A stretch of DNA of 64,000 nucleotides. It comes from an uncultured Aminicenantes bacterium. GTDB lineage: Bacteria; Acidobacteriota; Aminicenantia; UBA2199. Below the pieces are notes generated by a model. The model saw only the letters and a program-made list of their open reading frames with translations, ran no database searches and was not told where the DNA came from. The DNA lies in contig CBDAFS010000062.1 of NCBI GenBank assembly GCA_965195285.1, forward strand, positions 64,001 to 128,000. The letters are read 5' to 3'. A program made the translations under genes and the position numbers. Below, piece by piece: positions 18,150 through 26,973 of the stretch; the first letter of the stretch is position 1, and every line of letters begins with the position of its first letter.

Positions 18150-19054
18150 GTCTGTTTTTTTATTGGTCCGAATATACGTTCAATATTATAGTCTTCTTGA
18201 TTTTTCATCACATAGTAAGAAGCACGAGCAATTTTATGAGCTAAAGCTTTTATTGCTACAATATTACTTGTTTTAGCAGCTTTTCTCTGGAAAAATCTCA
18301 TTGCATAGGGGCAATTTTTTTTCGCATGATTGGCTACTTCAACATAAGCCCAGGATAAATATTTATTACCATTCTTTCTGTTGTTTTCACCTTTCTTTTT
18401 TCCATTCGAGTATTTACCACTTGAAACACACCTGCTATAAGAGGAGTAATTTCCTACTTTTCTAAAACGATCGATTTCTCCTACTTCAAGCGAGATAGTG
18501 AGAGCAAGAATGTTCCCTATTCCGGGGATAGTCAATAGTTTTTGGAATTGGGACATAGGTTTAATAAAATCTAAAACCTTTTTTTCAATTTCTCTTATTC
18601 TCTCACTCAGAAAGATGATTGTTGCAATATTGGCCTGTATGGGCAGTCCTTTGCCGAACTAACATTAAACGCTTCCTCAGTAAATCTCTTATGGGCCTCT
18701 CTTTCTTAGGTTAAATATAACCAGTGGGTAATATCCCTAATCTTAATAACTCTGCTAAAAAAAAGCATCACCCTGGTCATTTACATACTTCTTGCCTTCA
18801 TACTGCTTGATTGCTGACGGATTTTCCAGATGGACTTTGTAACCATCTTCAATTAGAGGATCAACCAACCAGTACCAATTTTAAGTAGATTCTACAACAA
18901 CTCCTTCAATTTTCTCTTTAAAAGGCTGCAACTCCCCGGATATCAATGCATAATGATTGGGAATCTTCTTCCTGTAAATTCGCTTACCATCCTCATCTAC
19001 CATACCTAACACCGTGTTAGTAGAATGAAGATCCATACCAACATAATTTTTCAT
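18131..19054 (-). pseudogene. IS110-family transposase (DEDD RuvC + Tnp20 domains), inactivated
   Basis: MKNYVGMDLHS...VVVEST*NWYW...ND..DA and LLTIPGIGNILA..EVGEIDRF..KNGNKYL; in-frame TAA at 18881-18883, frameshift in the A8 tract near 18757-18764, further stop and an internal deletion near 18640. Confidence 0.9.
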
Positions 19055-19220
19055 AAAACACCTCCTTTATTAACTATTTGAAGGTATTTTACTACTTTTA
19101 TTTAATCATACAGAATGCCTTCTATATGATTATCAGGTCTTTGATTTAAGTATTTGTCCTTTTTTATAAACTCAAGAATTCAAGCACCGTCCCCGTCTTC
19201 GTCTTCCGTCTTATTCTTTT

Positions 19221-21341
19221 TTATTTTTGTGGAGTTTTCTTTTTGGCTGTATAGACTCCTGAAGGTTGATAAATTTCGAAACCGGTTACGTTGCCTTCTT
19301 CATCGATTAAAAATTTCAGGTTGATCATTTTATATTGTTTAATGGAAAATTCGTCGCCCAGTTGAGGCTCCAGATCGAAAAGCGGTGCTCCAGGTAATAG
19401 CAGAGTAAGGCTTTTCCCTTTCAATTCCACGGTGAAGGTCTGGCCGCTAAAATCATACTGCCCGGTAAACTGTTTCAGGAACTCCGGATCGTAAAAACGG
19501 GCAGCCGGTTTCATTTTGAAAACAATCTCCTCAAGGGTCGCTTCAAAAGGAACTTCCAGAGCTGACACAAGACCTCTTACATTGGTTCTGAAAGTCAGCT
19601 TGGTATCCTGGAAACTATCATCGGATGCTTCAGCCCCATTAAAAGTCTCAAAATGCCAGTGGTTCAGTGGTGTCGAAATCCCATTGAAGGTGAAAGCAAG
19701 TTGCTTGTCTTTTAAAAAAACCCTTAATTCACCGTATCCAGGGTGAACGTAAGTGCCGGTATATTCCTTAAGTTTATGAGCAGGATGAGTCCCTTTTTTT
19801 TGCCGTACCAGTTTTTTCTGTTTGGCTTCCTTTTCAGTTTGTTCGCCCTTCCCCTTCTTATCGGCAGCTTCAGAGAGCCATTTGATTGGTTCCAATTCCA
19901 ACAGGCGGTCGATGGCATGACGGATAAGCAGCTCAGGCAGGCCAGTGCCATTCTTATTGGCGAGAACGACAAATCCGAAACCGTCCTGAGGAAGGAAACT
20001 CACCATGGCAGAAAAACCGTCAATGTTTCCACCATGATGAACCCGGTGATGGCCACGGTAATTATCGATAAACCAGCCCATACCATAGTCAGCCGGTGAG
20101 ATTTCGGGTCTTTCATAAGTATTGCCTGTCGGCATATGAACCAGGTGCATGTCACCGATGGTAGAGGTATTAATAATTTGTTTTCCCCCGAATTTGCCCC
20201 AGTTGATGTGAACCATCACCCAGTTGCTCATTTCATTGATACTGGAGTTAATGGAACCGGCAGGTCCGATATTGGTGATGTTACGAAATGGAATCTCTTC
20301 TATTTTTCCTTCTTTTTCCCTGTAGGGCAGAGCATAATCAGTATCCTTCTGGGAGTCCAGAACTGAAAAATTGGTTCTTTTCATGCCCAGGGGGGTGAGT
20401 ACATGGGTCCGGATGGCATTTTCCCAGTTCTTTTCGGTCAACACTTCAACCAGATAACCGGCGGTTAAAAACATCAGGTTATTATACTGAAACTTTTCGC
20501 GAAGGTCAGCTGTGGGTTTCAGATGGGCCAGCCGCTGAACAAACTCTTTCCGGCTGGCAGTAAAATTGTTGTACCACATCAGATCATGCCGCGGTAATCC
20601 TGAGCGATGGGTAACCAGATCCCGTGGAGTTAACCGTTCTCCTGCATCCTGATCATAGAGGCGAAACCAGGGTATGTAATTTCGAACCGGTTTATTCCAC
20701 TCCATTTTGCCCTGATCCACCAGAATACCCAGAGCAAAGGTTGTAAAAGCCTTGGAAGATGATCCTATAGCCAGCAGGGTATCGGCGGTCATGGGAAGTT
20801 TCTGTTTGATGTCTCTATAGCCAAATCCCCTGGCTAATATAATTTTATTTTCTTTTACTATGGCCATGGCAAGACCCGGGACCTTGAATGTCTTCAAAGC
20901 CTCTTCAATGACCTTATCAAAACCAGCCAGTCTCTTTTTGGCCCGGGTAACTGGATCAGATCTCTCCATACCAAAGGGAAAGGTTTGGCCGCCCTGGGTA
21001 AAATGTCCACTGATGGTTTTACCATTCTCGCTTAATTGGCCCTCAAAGCTCGGATTGCCAGGGATACCCTTGATAGTAAAACTGACATCTTGCAGGGTTA
21101 CCGTAATCTTCTCCAGAGCAATATCTTTGGCTTGCTGAAGGGGAATAGAGATATCTCCTTCCCACAATCCCTCTTTATCCTGCTGAAAGTCAATATTAAA
21201 ATTCATCGGTTGTTGAGGGATGTCAATCTTTCCTTCCCAATGACCGGAAATAGAAGTTTTCTGATCGTTTGTTGCACCAACCTGAATGACTAATAATATT
21301 GCCAGGCAAGCAATAAAAAATTGTTTATATGTTTTATTCAT
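19221..21341 (-). CDS. Secreted serine hydrolase (beta-lactamase class C/PBP-like peptidase with DUF3471-type C-terminal domains)
   Basis: Signal peptide; SxxK (SSSK), YNN, HGG motifs, LVTHRSGLP. Confidence 0.88.
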   Translation of the reverse strand: MNKTYKQFFIACLAILLVIQVGATNDQKTSISGHWEGKIDIPQQPMNFNIDFQQDKEGLWEGDISIPLQQAKDIALEKITVTLQDVSFTIKGIPGNPSFEGQLSENGKTISGHFTQGGQTFPFGMERSDPVTRAKKRLAGFDKVIEEALKTFKVPGLAMAIVKENKIILARGFGYRDIKQKLPMTADTLLAIGSSSKAFTTFALGILVDQGKMEWNKPVRNYIPWFRLYDQDAGERLTPRDLVTHRSGLPRHDLMWYNNFTASRKEFVQRLAHLKPTADLREKFQYNNLMFLTAGYLVEVLTEKNWENAIRTHVLTPLGMKRTNFSVLDSQKDTDYALPYREKEGKIEEIPFRNITNIGPAGSINSSINEMSNWVMVHINWGKFGGKQIINTSTIGDMHLVHMPTGNTYERPEISPADYGMGWFIDNYRGHHRVHHGGNIDGFSAMVSFLPQDGFGFVVLANKNGTGLPELLIRHAIDRLLELEPIKWLSEAADKKGKGEQTEKEAKQKKLVRQKKGTHPAHKLKEYTGTYVHPGYGELRVFLKDKQLAFTFNGISTPLNHWHFETFNGAEASDDSFQDTKLTFRTNVRGLVSALEVPFEATLEEIVFKMKPAARFYDPEFLKQFTGQYDFSGQTFTVELKGKSLTLLLPGAPLFDLEPQLGDEFSIKQYKMINLKFLIDEEGNVTGFEIYQPSGVYTAKKKTPQK

Positions 21342-21391
21342 ATCACATCTCCTTAACATTATTGTCAATTTACTATTTTTGATATTAATAT

Positions 21392-22192
21392 CTAATAAAC
21401 CAGCATGCTCAAATAGGCCACCACCTGGTTGTAATCACCGCTGACCTTACCGGAATGGGTATACTCCACGATTTCAGTATGAGTGGCCCCGGCCTCCAGG
21501 GCAGCTTTGAGCATGACGACCGTTGCAGACATGCCACACATGCTGATACGCCTCTCTACAACCACCTCATATAATCCCTCCGGGTCCAGGGCGGATATTT
21601 TTTCAATGGCCCGGTGATCCTCTTTTTCAGCGGTTCCGGCTTCGATATAATGACTCATATCGGTTGAGGCAACCATTAAAACCGAAGGTTGAGTTTTCAG
21701 GCAATCGCCAATTTCCCTTCCCGCCTGAATCAATCTATCTATCTCCAGGGAGGCAACCATGATGGGTAGGATCCGGGCACGGGGATTCAGGTACTGAATG
21801 AAGGGGACCTGAACTTCCAGGGAATGCTCTTCCAGGCCAGCCTGACTATCAATGGTAAAAACCTCACTGTTTTCGACCAACCTTGATCTCAAATCGTCAT
21901 CAATCTCACAATCCCCCAGGGGCGTATTCCAGTGGTCATGGCCATCAATGATTAAAGGCTCTCCAAGGCCCCTGTGATTGACACCGATAATGATCACCGA
22001 ATCGGGGATGTCAACCAGGCCAAATCCCTTTCCCGCACAACTCCCGGAATACACATATCCGGCATGGGGTGAAACCAGACCCACTACTTTTTTCCTGGTA
22101 TCTGAGAATTGAATGAGCTGATCGAGCTCAGCCCGGAGCGCTTGCCCATCACCCGGATAAAATATCCCGGCCACAGACGCTTTTCTGATCAT
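21392..22192 (-). CDS. amrB: MEMO1-family / AmmeMemoRadiSam protein B
   Basis: RKASVAGIFYP, SPHAGYVYSG, EHSLEVQVPF, STDMSHY, SMCG. Confidence 0.92.
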   Translation of the reverse strand: MIRKASVAGIFYPGDGQALRAELDQLIQFSDTRKKVVGLVSPHAGYVYSGSCAGKGFGLVDIPDSVIIIGVNHRGLGEPLIIDGHDHWNTPLGDCEIDDDLRSRLVENSEVFTIDSQAGLEEHSLEVQVPFIQYLNPRARILPIMVASLEIDRLIQAGREIGDCLKTQPSVLMVASTDMSHYIEAGTAEKEDHRAIEKISALDPEGLYEVVVERRISMCGMSATVVMLKAALEAGATHTEIVEYTHSGKVSGDYNQVVAYLSMLVY

Positions 22193-22285
22193 TTTTTCTT
22201 CTCCACAGGAGAGATATCACGTCTTCAATCAAATGTCAAAACATTTTCCGGTCTGTTATACTTTCATCCATCAATCTATTATATT

Positions 22286-22412
22286 GGTAATGGCGTACGG
22301 TATAAGGAGTGACGAATATTTAAGGAGGAGGTGACCCTAAATATTCCGGTTACTCTTTTTTTTTGTTGTTGACCTTTGACGAAGAAAAACCTTATACCGT
22401 ACACCATGTACC
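22286..22412. ncRNA. Unassigned structured intergenic element (nested long hairpin with SD/anti-SD loop)
   Basis: ATGGCGTACGGTATAAGG / CCTTATACCGTACACCAT outer stem; inner GAATATTTAAGG / CCCTAAATATTC stem; loop AGGAGGTGA; T9 on + strand. Confidence 0.55.
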
Positions 22413-22423
22413 CCACACCTTCT

Positions 22424-23704
22424 TTATTTACCATAAACCATTTTCCTGTTCCTGACCACCACTTCTCCGGACTTAATCACCGTATGAACAGGATTGATAC
22501 CCAGGTGATAGGCCAGGTAACTGTAATCCGGAATGTCCATTAAAAGCACATCCATTTTTTTTCCCAGGGCGATCGAACCCGCCTGCTGATGCCGATCAAT
22601 GGCATAGGCCGCATTGATGGTAACCGTATTGATCGCCTCTTCCACGGTTAAACCCAGCAGATATATTCCCAGATGAAAAATGAACAATTGAGAAGAAACC
22701 ATTGAACTGCCGGGATTAAAATCAGTTCCCAGGGCTACAATACCGTTTTTATCAATAATTTCCCTGACCGGGGCATACTGATCCAGTTTCAGAAAAAAGG
22801 ACACACCCGGCAATATAATACAGGAAGTATCCGAGGCTGAAATGGCCTCTATCTCTTCCCCGGTCATGGCAATCAAGTGTTCTGCGGATACCGCCTTTTT
22901 ATTGACTGCTAACAATGCCGCATTGTTGGAAGTGAATTCATCTCCATGTATTTTTATTTTAAAATTGTGTTCCAGTGCCCGGTCAATATAATATTCGGCT
23001 TCATCATAAGAGAAATAACCGTTCTCACAAAAAATATCCACAAACTCTGCCAGATTACGTTCCTTTACCCGGGGCATGACCTTCTCCACCAGAAATTCCA
23101 GGTATTCCCTGTTCTTTCCCCGGTATTCCTCCGGAATTTCATGTGCACCCAAAAAAGTGGGGACAATGTCGATCGGATGAAATGAATCCAGGGCTTCCAG
23201 TACTTCCAGTTGCTTTATTTCCGTGGTTTCATCCAGGCCATATCCACTCTTGGCCTCAACCGTGGTGGTGCCGGAAGCCAGGATCTGATCCAGTCTTTTT
23301 TCACATTGAACCAGTAGATCATCATAGGAGATTTCCCTGGTTCTTCGAACCGTACCCTTGATGCCACCGCCTTTTTCAGCAATCTCCTGATAACTGACAC
23401 CCTGAAGCTTGAGGCGGAACTCATCCTGGCGGGTACCGGCAAAGGGCAGGTGGGTATGGGGATCCACCAAGCCCGGGAAAGCCACGAATTCAGCCCCGTC
23501 AATAACCACTGCATCCGGAGATAGTTTACAATTCTTCTCAAAATCTGACCGGTGCCCGATAAATGAAATAAATTCCCCTGATGCACCAAGCCAGACATCA
23601 TGGGAAATCTTGATAGAATTCAAATCATTCCCCCTGACCACAGTATTTCGGGCCGGGTTAACCAGTGTTTTGATATTTTTTACCAGACTATTGACTTCAA
23701 TCAT
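22424..23704 (-). CDS. hutI: Imidazolonepropionase
   Basis: PGLVDPHTH, GTTTVEAKSGYGL, TFLGAH, DIFCE, LGTDFNPGSS. Confidence 0.93.
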   Translation of the reverse strand: MIEVNSLVKNIKTLVNPARNTVVRGNDLNSIKISHDVWLGASGEFISFIGHRSDFEKNCKLSPDAVVIDGAEFVAFPGLVDPHTHLPFAGTRQDEFRLKLQGVSYQEIAEKGGGIKGTVRRTREISYDDLLVQCEKRLDQILASGTTTVEAKSGYGLDETTEIKQLEVLEALDSFHPIDIVPTFLGAHEIPEEYRGKNREYLEFLVEKVMPRVKERNLAEFVDIFCENGYFSYDEAEYYIDRALEHNFKIKIHGDEFTSNNAALLAVNKKAVSAEHLIAMTGEEIEAISASDTSCIILPGVSFFLKLDQYAPVREIIDKNGIVALGTDFNPGSSMVSSQLFIFHLGIYLLGLTVEEAINTVTINAAYAIDRHQQAGSIALGKKMDVLLMDIPDYSYLAYHLGINPVHTVIKSGEVVVRNRKMVYGK

Positions 23705-24944
23705 TTTTTTCTGTTACTTTGGGGCGTTGAAAGGAGGGAACTTCAAGAATATCGTCATAATTTTCCGGATTCTGGGCCAGGCTGGGAAGGTTCCCCTCAT
23801 TGATATATTCCAGGTCGGTTAAATTTATGGTTTTCTCAGCTGTCTTGAATAAATATTCCTGGTCGCTGTCCTTTTTCCGTTCGGGCTCTTCAGGTAACAT
23901 TTGGGGACTTTTTTGACTTTTGGATTTACTGAGAAAAGTTGGTTTCATGCCTTCACTTCTTTGCTGAATGCCTTTTTTGAACCCCGTGGCAATAACGGTG
24001 ACCCGAAGCACTTCTTCCATTCTGTCATCATCCACTATTCCGAATTTGATCTTGGCATTCGGAGCCGCATTTTCCTTGATAATATCGGAAATGACTCCTA
24101 TTTCCTTCAAGCTCAAATCGGAAGCAGCGGTGATATTGTAGAGAATTCCGGTGGCTCCATTGATGGAAATATTATCCAGCAGGGGAGAAGTCAGGGCCTT
24201 GCGGGAAGCTTCCTCGGCCCGGTTCTCGCCCTTGGCTTCCCCGGTACCCATCAGGGTCATTCCCTTTTCTGACATGGTTGAGCGAACGTCGGCAAAATCT
24301 ACATTCTGATAGCCGGGATGGTTGATTATATCCGAAATCCCTCTGACCGCTTTCAGCAAGATTTCATCCACCTTTTTATAAGCTTCCTTATAGGAAAGGT
24401 CGGAATCCTCAAGTTCAAACAACCGCTGATTTGGAATCACAATCATGGCATCAACGCTTCCGGATAAGTTCTTGATTCCCTGTTCAGCCACGCTCATTCT
24501 GTTTTCCCCTTCAAACTCAAAGGGACGGGTGATCACAGCCACGGTCAATATACCCATGGAACTGGCATGATTGGCAATTACCTGACTGGCCCCGGTTCCC
24601 GTGCCACCGCCCATTCCGGCCGTAATAAAAACCATATGGGACCCATCCAGAACATCGATAATGGCATCGGTGTTTTCCAGGGCTGCCTCCATACCCACTT
24701 CGGCATTGGACCCCGTACCCAGGCCCCGGGTTATCTTATCACCGATCTGCAAGGTCATGGCGGGTTCTTTGATATGGGAGAGATCCTGGTTATCGGTGTT
24801 AACGGCAATAAAATCCACCCCTGATAATCCTTCATCTATCATGCGGTTGATGGCATTACCACCCGCTCCGCCGACTCCCAACACCTTGAGCACCGCCCCG
24901 CGCTTTTTGGCCTTGGCATAGGTAATTTTGATGTCTCCTTTCAT
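23697..24944 (-). CDS. ftsZ: Cell division protein FtsZ
   Basis: GVGGAGGNA, GMGGGTGTG, NVDFADV, C-terminal LEVPSF peptide. Confidence 0.98.
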   Translation of the reverse strand: MKGDIKITYAKAKKRGAVLKVLGVGGAGGNAINRMIDEGLSGVDFIAVNTDNQDLSHIKEPAMTLQIGDKITRGLGTGSNAEVGMEAALENTDAIIDVLDGSHMVFITAGMGGGTGTGASQVIANHASSMGILTVAVITRPFEFEGENRMSVAEQGIKNLSGSVDAMIVIPNQRLFELEDSDLSYKEAYKKVDEILLKAVRGISDIINHPGYQNVDFADVRSTMSEKGMTLMGTGEAKGENRAEEASRKALTSPLLDNISINGATGILYNITAASDLSLKEIGVISDIIKENAAPNAKIKFGIVDDDRMEEVLRVTVIATGFKKGIQQRSEGMKPTFLSKSKSQKSPQMLPEEPERKKDSDQEYLFKTAEKTINLTDLEYINEGNLPSLAQNPENYDDILEVPSFQRPKVTEKND

Positions 24945-24953
24945 TTTTACCTC

Positions 24954-26174
24954 CTAAAATCCAAACCATTCTTTAGCTTTTTGCATCCATCCCTTGGGCT
25001 GATTTTTAATCATCCCCCGGTCTTTCAAATCCAGCAGACCGTATTTTAACAGCCCGACGGCTGTAGAAAAATCAGGTGTATTCACCTTGTCAATCAGGCC
25101 TCCGGCCCCGTAGGAATTCCCGATCCGGACAGGAGCCGAAAATATTTCATCGGCAACTTCTATCAATCCATCCAAAACCGCAGAGCCTCCGGTCAACACA
25201 ATACCCGCATTGATTTTATCTTCGAAACCCTCGGATTCAATTTTGTTTTTGACCATTTCGAAAATTTCTTCGGCCCGGGGCCTCAATATATCGGATAACA
25301 ATGAAACCGAAATCAAACGCTTTCGTTTACCACCCACACTGGGTATTTCAATGTTCTGGTTTTTTAAATTCGGATCCATGCCACAACCGTATTTTCTCTT
25401 GATCTGTTCGGCCTTATCAATCGGAGTCCGGGTTCCGATAGCCAGATCATTGGTGAAGTTGTACCCTCCCACACCGATAGTGGTGGCATAACACAGGGCC
25501 CCCTTTTCAAAAACGGAAATATCGGTCGTGCCACCGCCAATATCAATTAAGGCCACACCCAGTTCTTTTTCATCATAGGTCAAGACGGCTTCGGCCGTAG
25601 CAATATGTGACAACACGGTAGAGATCACATCAATTTTGGCTTTTTTCAGACACATCAGCATATTTTTTATCGCTGGCTTCGAGGCAGTCACAATCAGGAT
25701 ATAGACATCCAGGTTGCTCCCGATCATCCCCTTGGGATTTTTGATATCCTCCTGGGAATCCACGATAAATTCCTGGGTGAGAACGTGAAGGATATCTTTG
25801 TTGTTGGGAAGCATGATACTGCTTCCATGGGTAACCGCCCGGTCAATATCTTCCGTGGCGATTTCTCGATTTCTTCCGGTTATGTTAATGCTGCCCTTGG
25901 CATTTATCGATTGAATATGGCTGCCGGAGATATTCACATAGGCGGACTCCACCTCAACCCCGGCAGTTAGTTCGGCTTCTTTCACTGATTTTTTTATATC
26001 CTCTACGGTTTGGTTCATGTCCACTATCACACCCTTTCGGATACCCTTGGATTCCGCGATTCCGTAACCGATAATTTCAAGATCATCACTTTCTTCATGG
26101 GACTTCAGCTGTCCGATCAGGGTACATATTTTTTTGGTTCCGATATCAATGCCCACCAGATATTTTCCTTTCAT
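24954..26174 (-). CDS. ftsA: Cell division protein FtsA
   Basis: GIDIGTKKI, IDIGGGTTD, VLTGG, amphipathic C-terminal helix. Confidence 0.97.
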   Translation of the reverse strand: MKGKYLVGIDIGTKKICTLIGQLKSHEESDDLEIIGYGIAESKGIRKGVIVDMNQTVEDIKKSVKEAELTAGVEVESAYVNISGSHIQSINAKGSINITGRNREIATEDIDRAVTHGSSIMLPNNKDILHVLTQEFIVDSQEDIKNPKGMIGSNLDVYILIVTASKPAIKNMLMCLKKAKIDVISTVLSHIATAEAVLTYDEKELGVALIDIGGGTTDISVFEKGALCYATTIGVGGYNFTNDLAIGTRTPIDKAEQIKRKYGCGMDPNLKNQNIEIPSVGGKRKRLISVSLLSDILRPRAEEIFEMVKNKIESEGFEDKINAGIVLTGGSAVLDGLIEVADEIFSAPVRIGNSYGAGGLIDKVNTPDFSTAVGLLKYGLLDLKDRGMIKNQPKGWMQKAKEWFGF

Positions 26175-26175
26175 C

Positions 26176-26973
26176 TTAGTTCACGACCTCCTTATCAAAT
26201 TCCAGATAAAACCGATTGGCAAATCGAAGATCAACCTTTTTGATTCGATGCTTATTTAAAGCCAGCAATTTCTTCACTTTCAAAAAATAGTTAATCTTTC
26301 CGGCATAATCCTGTTCCCCCGGATAGAATTTCTCTTCCATGCCTTTCAGTTTAACCATGACCCCATAAGGCTGCTTGAATCCGATGTATTCCAAAGAATC
26401 TTTGATCTTGATCAGCTCCCCGAAATAGGGAATGATGGCCTCAAGCTCCTGCTTTTTTACTCCCTTAATGGTCATCAGGCCCGCTCTGGGTCTTTGACGG
26501 GTATACAACGAGACCCCTTCCATATCAATGAGGTGATACCGCTTATTCAGGTATACCTGAAAAGCAGGCTTTCTCAAAGCGAAACGGATCTCAACGGTCG
26601 AGGGCAGAATCCGGGTGATCGAAACATCCTTTACTTCATTAATACTGATCAACTTCCTTTTCAAATGATCAAGGCTTAAACTTAAAATATTGCCCCGGAA
26701 ATAGGTTAACAATTGTTTGACTTTTGCCTTTCCGTATTGGGGACTGTTGACCAGCCTGACAGTTTTGACATTCAGTTGATCCCAGGAAAGTATGAACCGG
26801 GCTGACATATAAATGGTAATCCCGATCAACAGCAGCAGAATACAGATGAGAATCAGATGAAGTCCTTTCAGTTTAATGGTTTTTATCTTTTTCTGCCTGG
26901 AGATATCTCGAGTATTGTGCCGCCGGAAGAAATCCATTTCCCTTCTCAAGCCAATACTGGAGGCCTGCCTCAT
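26176..26973 (-). CDS. ftsQ: FtsQ/DivIB (POTRA)
   Basis: Basic N-terminus, one TM, ITRILPSTVEI, VDLRF; position before ftsA; ATGA overlap with murC stop. Confidence 0.85.
   Translation of the reverse strand: MRQASSIGLRREMDFFRRHNTRDISRQKKIKTIKLKGLHLILICILLLLIGITIYMSARFILSWDQLNVKTVRLVNSPQYGKAKVKQLLTYFRGNILSLSLDHLKRKLISINEVKDVSITRILPSTVEIRFALRKPAFQVYLNKRYHLIDMEGVSLYTRQRPRAGLMTIKGVKKQELEAIIPYFGELIKIKDSLEYIGFKQPYGVMVKLKGMEEKFYPGEQDYAGKINYFLKVKKLLALNKHRIKKVDLRFANRFYLEFDKEVVN

Larger units (their letters stand above)
17723..19135 (-). mobile_element. IS110-family (IS1111-type layout) insertion sequence, decayed
   Basis: Transposase remnant with short 5' and ~400-bp 3' non-coding ends; no target duplication; TG/CG core at both ends; joined ends form TTGACA-17-GATAAT. 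Confidence 0.85.
13401..19194 (+). repeat. Dispersed REP-like motifs ending G(T/A)CCCC
   Basis: GACCGTCCCC 13461, CAAGCAACGTCCCC 13630, AAAGACGTGATCC 14354, CAAGCACCGT 14411, CAGATTTGACCCC 14486, ACGTCCC 14511, CAAGCACCGTCCCC 19181, weaker copies near 13403, 13775 and 19153, and one inverted copy split by IS110. Confidence 0.65.

Noticed and set aside
18131-19054. Programmed frameshift or stop read-through producing an active transposase
   Set aside because: Several independent lesions (TAA stops, frameshifts, deletion) indicate decay.
22286-22412. 6S RNA, SRP RNA, tRNA or 16S rRNA fragment
   Set aside because: Too short and asymmetric for 6S, lacks the SRP domain IV motif, no cloverleaf, and 16S similarity is limited to the anti-SD.
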